Assembly (NCBI GenBank): GCA_902518835.1
Contig: CABYHH010000001.1
Location: 44,052-108,051, forward strand
Source of the DNA: an uncultured Pelagibacteraceae bacterium
Lineage (GTDB): Bacteria; Pseudomonadota; Alphaproteobacteria; Pelagibacterales; Pelagibacteraceae
Direction: 5' to 3'
Length of the DNA: 64,000 nt
The translations under genes were made by a program, and so were the position numbers. Below are positions 58,381 through 64,000 of this stretch, piece by piece. The notes under the pieces were generated by a model. It searched no databases. It was not told the origin of the DNA and worked only from the letters and a program-made list of their open reading frames with translations. How positions within the stretch are numbered: position 1 is the first letter of the stretch; each line of letters begins with the position of its first letter.

Positions 58381-58910
58381 TAACTTACCTTCTCTACTTG
58401 ATTGTATTCAAGATCGACTGGTGTTGGTCTACCAAAAATTGAAACTGAAACTTTGAGTCTTGATTTTTCTTCATCAATTTCTTCAACCATTCCACTAAAA
58501 GATGCAAAAGGTCCATCTACTACCTGTATTTTTTCTCCAATGCTATATTCAATGCCAGATTTTGGTTGTGCGACTCCATCTTTAATCTGACCTAAAATTT
58601 TTTCAATTTCTTTGTCAGAAACTGGTACTGGTATACCTTTGCTTCCTAAAAAACCACTCACCCTTTTTATATTTTTAATCATATGGTAAATATTATTATC
58701 CATCTCACTTTTAATTAACACATATCCTGGGAAGTATTTTTTTTTTCTTTGAACTCTTTTTCCTCTTTTAACCTCTGTTACATCATGTGTAGGAACAATA
58801 ATTTCCTCAAATTTTTCAGAAATTTTTGCTTTATCAGCCTCTTCTTTAATCAAACCTGCCACTTTATTCTCAAAACTTGAATGTGATTGAACAATGTACC
58901 AATTTTTCAT
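58380..58910 (-). CDS. nusG: transcription termination/antitermination factor NusG
   Basis: [31 protein letters not shown]; the start is ATG 58910 rather than the ORF-track 59045. Confidence 0.96.
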   Translation of the reverse strand: MKNWYIVQSHSSFENKVAGLIKEEADKAKISEKFEEIIVPTHDVTEVKRGKRVQRKKKYFPGYVLIKSEMDNNIYHMIKNIKRVSGFLGSKGIPVPVSDKEIEKILGQIKDGVAQPKSGIEYSIGEKIQVVDGPFASFSGMVEEIDEEKSRLKVSVSIFGRPTPVDLEYNQVEKVS

Positions 58911-59101
58911 TATAAGCTCACCTTCAAAAGAATATCTAAGAAAAACTTTAATATCTGATCTAATAGTAGAAAAAATAAAGACATTACAACAGCCATTATG
59001 AGAACCATTAAAGCACCTTGTAAAGTTTCTTTCCATGTTGGCCAAGTAACTTTGAATGCCTCCTGTTTTACCTCTTGAATAAATTTAATTGGATTTTTCA
59101 T
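58910..59101 (-). CDS. secE: preprotein translocase SecE
   Basis: EAFKVTWPT motif plus a single TM segment; upstream of nusG. Confidence 0.94.
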   Translation of the reverse strand: MKNPIKFIQEVKQEAFKVTWPTWKETLQGALMVLIMAVVMSLFFLLLDQILKFFLDILLKVSL

Positions 59102-59121
59102 ATCTAAATTTTTTTAGTTAT

Positions 59122-59197
59122 TGGCAGGAGCGGAGGGACTCGAACCCTCAGCCTCCGGTTTTGGAGACCGGCGCTCTACCAATTGAGCTACACTCCT
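59122..59197 (-). tRNA. tRNA-Trp(CCA)
   Basis: Reverse complement AGGAGTGTAGCTCAATTGGTAGAGCGCCGGTCT-CCA-AAACCGG...GGTTCGAGTCC...GCCA. Confidence 0.96.
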
Positions 59198-59206
59198 ATA
59201 GAGAGT

Positions 59207-60397
59207 TTACTCTATAATTTTAGTTACTACTCCAGCTCCTACAGTTCTACCACCTTCTCGAATGGCGAAATTTAATTTTTCAGACATTGCGATTGGTGTA
59301 ATTAATTTTACAGTAAATTTTGCATCATCGCCAGGCATTACCATTTCTGTGCCAGCCGGTAATTCAACTTCGCCTGTAACATCAGTAGTTCTAAAATAAA
59401 ACTGTGGTCTATACTTAGTAAAGAACGGAGTATGTCTTCCACCTTCCTCCTTTTTAAGTACATATGCTTGAGCTTCAAATTTAGTATGTGGAGTTACTGA
59501 ACCAGGCTTACATAAAACTTGACCTCTCTCTATGTCTGTTCTTTCAACACCTCTCAACAACACTCCAACATTATCTCCTGCCTCACCAGAGTCCAAAAGT
59601 TTTCTGAACATCTCTACACCAGTACAAACTGATTTTTTTGTTTCTCTAATACCAACAATCTCTATCTCATCACCAGTTTTAAGAACACCTGACTCTACTC
59701 TTCCTGTTGCAACTGTTCCTCTTCCTGAAATAGAAAAAACATCTTCTACTGGCATTAAGAAATCCTTATCTTTTGGTCTATCAGGTTGTGGAATAAATTC
59801 ATCGACATTTTTCATTAATTCTAAAATTGAATTTTTTCCAATTTCATCATCTCTCCCTTCAACTGCTGCAAGAGCCGAACCCTTTGCAATTGGAGTTTTA
59901 TCCCCAGGAAATTTATAAGAAGTCAATAATTCTTTAATTTCTTCCTCAACAAGGTCTATCATTTCTTTGTCATCGACTTGATCAACTTTATTTAAGTAAA
60001 CACAAATAGCCGGAACTCCTACTTGTCTTGCCAAAAGTATATGTTCTCTAGTTTGAGGCATAGGACCATCAGCAGCATTTACAACTAATATTGCTCCATC
60101 CATTTGTGCTGCACCTGTAATCATATTTTTTACATAATCCGCGTGACCTGGACAATCTACGTGAGCATAATGTCTCTTTTCTGTTTCATACTCAACATGG
60201 GCTGTTGAAATTGTTATTCCTCTTTCTTTTTCTTCTGGCGCTTTATCTATTTGATCATATGCAATTGCTTTGGCTCCACCAGTTTCAGATAAAACCTTTG
60301 TAATAGCAGCTGTTAAAGTAGTTTTACCATGATCCACGTGCCCTATTGTTCCAATATTGCAATGTGGTTTATTCCTAACAAATTTTTCTTTTGACAT
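59207..60397 (-). CDS. tuf: elongation factor Tu
   Basis: [28 protein letters not shown]. Confidence 0.99.
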   Translation of the reverse strand: MSKEKFVRNKPHCNIGTIGHVDHGKTTLTAAITKVLSETGGAKAIAYDQIDKAPEEKERGITISTAHVEYETEKRHYAHVDCPGHADYVKNMITGAAQMDGAILVVNAADGPMPQTREHILLARQVGVPAICVYLNKVDQVDDKEMIDLVEEEIKELLTSYKFPGDKTPIAKGSALAAVEGRDDEIGKNSILELMKNVDEFIPQPDRPKDKDFLMPVEDVFSISGRGTVATGRVESGVLKTGDEIEIVGIRETKKSVCTGVEMFRKLLDSGEAGDNVGVLLRGVERTDIERGQVLCKPGSVTPHTKFEAQAYVLKKEEGGRHTPFFTKYRPQFYFRTTDVTGEVELPAGTEMVMPGDDAKFTVKLITPIAMSEKLNFAIREGGRTVGAGVVTKIIE

Positions 60398-60435
60398 TAC
60401 TTTTAATCCTCACTTTTTAATTTTTAATTTTTTCT

Positions 60436-60509
60436 TGGAGCGGGTAAAGGGAATCGAACCCTTACATCCAGCTTGGAAGGCTAGCGTTCTACCATTGAAC
60501 TACACCCGC
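60436..60509 (-). tRNA. tRNA-Gly(UCC)
   Basis: Reverse complement GCGGGTGTAGTTCAATGGTAGAACGCTAGCCT-TCC-AAGCTGG...GGTTCGATTCC...TCCA. Confidence 0.96.
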
Positions 60510-60554
60510 AAAACCCCAAGAGTAACACTCCAGTATCATTTAAAATTTTATTGA

Positions 60555-60640
60555 TGGTGGAGGGGGAAAGATTCGAACTTTCGAAGACCGAAGTCAACGG
60601 GTTTACAGCCCGCCCCATTTGACCGCTCTGGAACCCCTCC
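60555..60640 (-). tRNA. tRNA-Tyr(GUA)
   Basis: Reverse complement GGAGGGGTTCCAGAGCGGTCAAATGGGGCGGGCT-GTA-AACCCG...variable arm...GTTCGAATC...ACCA. Confidence 0.95.
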
Positions 60641-60769
60641 CTTAGGGGAAGTGTCCCCTTGTTCAATAAAGCTTTAAACAACATGCGTTTTATATATTTT
60701 ATTTATGCAAATGCAACACGTGATTTAATAAGCAAATGTTCAAAAAAATGTGTAAAATAGTCAAATTTT

Positions 60770-61522
60770 ATGAATAAATCGTCATTTTTTATTGTTGGTC
60801 AACATGCTGTCACAGAGGCTCTAAAAAACCCTAAAAGAAAGGTTCTAAGGATTTTTTTAACTGAGGAAAGTAAGAAGAATATACATAGGAAAAATCCAAA
60901 CAATAATCTTTTAAAAGAAGTTAAAGTATATTTTAAAACAAAAAAAGAGCTCGACAAATATAGCACTAAAGAGAATTTACAACACCAAGGTTATGTTGCA
61001 GAAATTGAACACTTAAAAAAACCCTCACTAAAAGAATTTATCAAAGATAAAAATAATATGACATTAATATGTTTAGATGGTGTTACTGATCCCAGAAATA
61101 TTGGTTCTTTGATAAGAACTGCATCTGCATTTAGTGTTGATGGCATAATTATAAAAGAAAGAATTTTTCCACATGAAAGTAAACTTCTCTTTAAGGCAGC
61201 TAGTGGTGCAATTGAACATATAAATATATTCGAGGTACCAAATATAAATTCAACTTTAAAAAATCTTAAAAGTAAAAATTTTTGGGTATATGGATTTGAA
61301 GGAAGTTCCAATCAAAATTTTACAGATATTGAATGGAAAGGTAATAATATACTTTTATTTGGCTCGGAGGGATCTGGATTACATAAACATACTCAGAAAT
61401 ATGCAGATTTCTCTGTCAAAATAAATATTAGTAAAAAAATAGAGAGCCTAAATGTTTCTAACAGCGTAGCCGTTGTACTTCATCATCTTAGTTTTCTTAA
61501 AAAAAAAGAGTTGATTAATTAG
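60770..61522 (+). CDS. rlmB: 23S rRNA (guanosine-2'-O)-methyltransferase RlmB (SpoU/TrmH family)
   Basis: HQG, LDGVTDPRNIGSLIRT, FGSEGSG, ESLNVS. Confidence 0.92.
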   Translation: MNKSSFFIVGQHAVTEALKNPKRKVLRIFLTEESKKNIHRKNPNNNLLKEVKVYFKTKKELDKYSTKENLQHQGYVAEIEHLKKPSLKEFIKDKNNMTLICLDGVTDPRNIGSLIRTASAFSVDGIIIKERIFPHESKLLFKAASGAIEHINIFEVPNINSTLKNLKSKNFWVYGFEGSSNQNFTDIEWKGNNILLFGSEGSGLHKHTQKYADFSVKINISKKIESLNVSNSVAVVLHHLSFLKKKELIN

Positions 61523-61547
61523 TAATTTATTAATAATTATTGCACGT

Positions 61548-61623
61548 GCCCTTGTAGCTCAGCTGGTAGAGCAATTGATTTGTAATCAATAGGTCCGCGG
61601 TTCGAATCCGTGCGGGGGCACCA
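61548..61623 (+). tRNA. tRNA-Thr(UGU)
   Basis: GCCCTTGTAGCTCAGCTGGTAGAGCAATTGATT-TGT-AATCAAT...GGTTCGAATCC...GGCACCA, 76 nt. Confidence 0.97.
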
Positions 61624-61644
61624 TCAATTTTACCTAATAAAAAA

Positions 61645-62514
61645 TTAAATAATTTTTTTTACTAGTTTAATTAATTTTGTTAAATTATTAGAATAAATAC
61701 TATGTTTATATAAATTACATTGTATCGTGGATCTTGCTACATTATTTTCTAATTCGATTGGATAAACTGCATGCCAAGATATATCATTTTTACCAAAACC
61801 AAATATTCTATTTGGATACGGGTGAACATCGTATTCTCTAATTAACTTTTCCTTTTCATAGTAATCTAGATGTGATTTAGCTTTTTTACTCCATTCCTCA
61901 AAACCTTTTCTGATTGAATACATTTGAGTTCCCAAACCTTTTCTCTTAATTGAGTCTGTAAAACCAAAATAAAGTAATAAAGATATTACTTTATCATCGT
62001 GATCTTTGTGCTGGTTAAGTCCTGCATTTGACGTGTAGGCTGATAATCTGAATTTAATATGACAATTTTTATAGAATAAGTAGTCCCAAATACTCAATTT
62101 AGAATTTTCGTTATGAATCTTTAAAGGTTTAAGTGAAGCTAGGTTAAATAATGAGAAAGGTATTAAAAGTCTATAAATTTTTTTTTGTATTTGTTTTGAT
62201 AATTCAATTACAATATCTTCCATTGGGCATCCATCCTTATTAAGAATGTTAATTATATTTTCAGTTGAATTATATTTATCACTTTGACCCCCACCACCAG
62301 ACACAATTACTTTACCCTTTTCTTTTGAGGCATCGTATCTTTGGATATCATCTGTACGAAATGTACTGTTATTATTTTTTCCCAATAAAAAGTCTTTTAT
62401 ACTTGAGTTAACTTGTTTACTTAATTTAAGATAAACGTCATTTTTTATAAAATCGTCAATTATAAATGCTTTAAATGGCTTGTTAATTATATATTTTTTT
62501 TCAAAATTAAACAT
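61645..62514 (-). CDS. 2OG-Fe(II) oxygenase superfamily protein (putative)
   Basis: FIIDDF N-terminal motif, HxD (QHKD) followed by KVISLLLYF, distal His (SWHAV) and R-S-T-I-Q as the likely 2OG-binding Arg. Confidence 0.7.
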   Translation of the reverse strand: MFNFEKKYIINKPFKAFIIDDFIKNDVYLKLSKQVNSSIKDFLLGKNNNSTFRTDDIQRYDASKEKGKVIVSGGGGQSDKYNSTENIINILNKDGCPMEDIVIELSKQIQKKIYRLLIPFSLFNLASLKPLKIHNENSKLSIWDYLFYKNCHIKFRLSAYTSNAGLNQHKDHDDKVISLLLYFGFTDSIKRKGLGTQMYSIRKGFEEWSKKAKSHLDYYEKEKLIREYDVHPYPNRIFGFGKNDISWHAVYPIELENNVARSTIQCNLYKHSIYSNNLTKLIKLVKKII

Positions 62515-62658
62515 AAAAGTTTAACAATAAATACAATTATAAAAAATTTAAATTACTAAATGTTATTTTTTTAAAATAAATTATCATTCACGCAAAATTA
62601 TTTCAATGTCGAAAATATATCAAGATTATTGTTGTAAACAAATGTTTATTGAAAATTA

Positions 62659-62712
62659 AGCAATTCATTTGTAATCAATAGGTCCGCGGTTCGAATCCGT
62701 GCGGGGGCACCA
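62659..62712 (+). repeat. duplicated 3' portion of tRNA-Thr(UGU) (att-like direct repeat, not a full tRNA)
   Basis: AGCAATTcATTTGTAATCAATAGGTCCGCGGTTCGAATCCGTGCGGGGGCACCA; tRNA positions 1-22 are absent. Confidence 0.95.
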
Positions 62713-64000
62713 CTAAAAACTGTTACTTACAATTATATTCGCCCCATAGTCAGGAATATCACTAAAAAAATTATATTTAGATGAAATTTTTAAGTCGAAG
62801 TTATCTGTTTTTTTTATAAATTCTAAATTAGTAGAACTTGTTTCATCTATTTCTAACGCAATTTTTATTTCATCAACTGGAACATATCCTAAAGATAAAA
62901 AAAACTCATTATAGTAACCTTTTCCACTTGCACCAAATCTCTCAACGTTTGTTACTATTGACCAACCAGTGACTGTAGTTATGTCTAAACCATATCCAAT
63001 TCTATAATTATGTTTTGATTTGTTATTAGCTTTATATTTATAAACTGTGCTTTGATTGTTTAGATGATAAAATTCTGCATTAGAAGATGGGCTTAAATCT
63101 CCCACATACTCCAATCTCCCATGATGGATTGTTTTTTTTTCTTTCTCCTTTTTTTCTTTATCGAACAATACTCCAATTGTTGCCATTGCATTTTTAATAT
63201 TTTGTTCTTTATAAATTAATGCATCACTCAAACTATTACCTAAGGTAGTTTTTTCTCTAAAAGCTTTAAGTTTTGTATATCCTAAGTCTAATTTGATACC
63301 AGGATTTAGATTTATTTCTTTATCATGTAATCTTTTTCCATAATTAATTGAACCAAATATTTGTTGTCCTTCTCTATTTCCTTTAAGAGTATTGCCGTAA
63401 GTAACTCTCGTATGATCAATATCTAATAAGCTTAACCCAATAATCCCATCTGTAAAAAAATCATCTTCTCCAATTTTTGTTCCATAAAGTGCTAAACTAT
63501 AAGAATCTGTATCTAGTCCTGTACCTTGGCCACCAATATCAATATTATCATTTCCATATTGGAAAACATATCCATACATCACATCTCTATTTTTATCTTT
63601 AATTCTATCAGCACCAACTGAGATACCATATGTGTGAATATCTCTAGATGAAGTGTCTATTGCATGTCTTTTCCCTAGACTTATTCTACCCTCACTCCAT
63701 TGAAACCAATCATCACTATTATAAGTTCTGTCTTTTTCTTTTTTAGTATTTAAAGCACTTACTAATTTTGCAATTCTCTGATTTGTAAACTCTATTTCAG
63801 CTTTCAAGTTTGAAAGATTGTCTTTGTTTTTATGTCTTCTTAACCATTCAGTTCTATGAAACACTGGAAGTATATTATTCCTAATAATTCTTTTAGATAA
63901 CTCTACGTTAGCTTCAATGATAGCTTTTACATCAGCATTAGTTGATGCATCAAGACAAGTTATAGTTCCAGCACAATCAACATCGTATTCATAAATCACA
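62713..64000 (-). CDS. autotransporter beta-domain outer membrane protein, C-terminal part (5' end beyond window)
   Basis: Helical linker, then WSEGRISLG, GISVGAD, YSLALYG, LNPGIKLDLGY amphipathic strands; terminal Phe; frame open to the window edge. Confidence 0.75.
   Translation of the reverse strand, partial: VIYEYDVDCAGTITCLDASTNADVKAIIEANVELSKRIIRNNILPVFHRTEWLRRHKNKDNLSNLKAEIEFTNQRIAKLVSALNTKKEKDRTYNSDDWFQWSEGRISLGKRHAIDTSSRDIHTYGISVGADRIKDKNRDVMYGYVFQYGNDNIDIGGQGTGLDTDSYSLALYGTKIGEDDFFTDGIIGLSLLDIDHTRVTYGNTLKGNREGQQIFGSINYGKRLHDKEINLNPGIKLDLGYTKLKAFREKTTLGNSLSDALIYKEQNIKNAMATIGVLFDKEKKEKEKKTIHHGRLEYVGDLSPSSNAEFYHLNNQSTVYKYKANNKSKHNYRIGYGLDITTVTGWSIVTNVERFGASGKGYYNEFFLSLGYVPVDEIKIALEIDETSSTNLEFIKKTDNFDLKISSKYNFFSDIPDYGANIIVSNSF

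Larger units (their letters stand above)
61570..62712. mobile_element. integrase-free single-gene cassette/islet bounded by tRNA-Thr direct repeats (attL/attR-like)
   Basis: 61570-61623 is repeated at 62659-62712 (54 bp, 1 mismatch; last 46 bp identical); one ORF in between. Confidence 0.75.

Noticed and set aside
58910-59045. N-terminally extended NusG (221 aa in the ORF track)
   Set aside because: The extension is an alternative frame over secE; ATG 58910 gives a canonical NusG with a TAATG overlap.
60357-60684. ORFs 60357-60554 (+) and 60481-60684 (-)
   Set aside because: They overlap tRNA-Gly and tRNA-Tyr and are spurious.
1452-61311. Numerous 60-208 aa ORFs antisense or out of frame within core genes (e.g. 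32918-33544, 51201-51593, 59532-59918, 11255-11623)
   Set aside because: Shadow ORFs over well-identified genes, with no recognisable motifs.
62659-62712. A second functional tRNA-Thr gene
   Set aside because: tRNA positions 1-22 (5' acceptor strand and most of the D arm) are missing and the anticodon stem has a mismatch, so it is a partial repeat.
61624-64000. Integrase, transposase or prophage genes in the island
   Set aside because: Neither ORF shows tyrosine or serine recombinase or DDE motifs. One may lie beyond the window.
1-64000. CRISPR array, rRNA genes or long tandem repeats
   Set aside because: None seen by eye. The many poly-A/T runs reflect Lys/Phe codons in AT-rich DNA and keep their frame, except at slt.

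Overview
AT-rich, tightly packed alphaproteobacterial chromosome segment. Gene content and order point to Pelagibacterales (SAR11); this is an inference. Positions 1-32 kb hold housekeeping and metabolic genes: pyrE (partial), a shortened Rel/SpoT, folK, smpB, dapA, slt, tRNA-Ser, a soxBDAG-type operon with an orphan solute-binding protein and permease, a nuclease, a MATE transporter, trhO plus an O-methyltransferase, gatCAB, yqgF, pyrB, pyrC', plsY, topA, ridA, ugd, galU, panC, mgtE, lipB and an RluA-family synthase. Positions 32-60.7 kb are the ribosomal super-operon (alpha, spc, S10, str, rpoBC, L11/L10, secE-nusG, tuf, tRNA-Trp/Gly/Tyr), with rpmD missing and no tuf after fusA. After rlmB, tRNA-Thr(UGU) marks the start of an accessory region. 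The 3' 54 bp of the tRNA are duplicated 1,089 bp downstream (one mismatch). The repeat pair brackets a single-gene, integrase-free cassette encoding a 2OG-Fe(II) oxygenase-like protein. An autotransporter-like gene follows with its stop codon flush against the repeat. This looks like the start of a tRNA-anchored array of gene cassettes and is the most interesting feature. Other notable points are a coupled trhO/O-methyltransferase pair (candidate mo5U34 tRNA pathway) and a one-base frameshift in the slt signal peptide. All calls are by eye from the sequence and ORF track; no searches were run.
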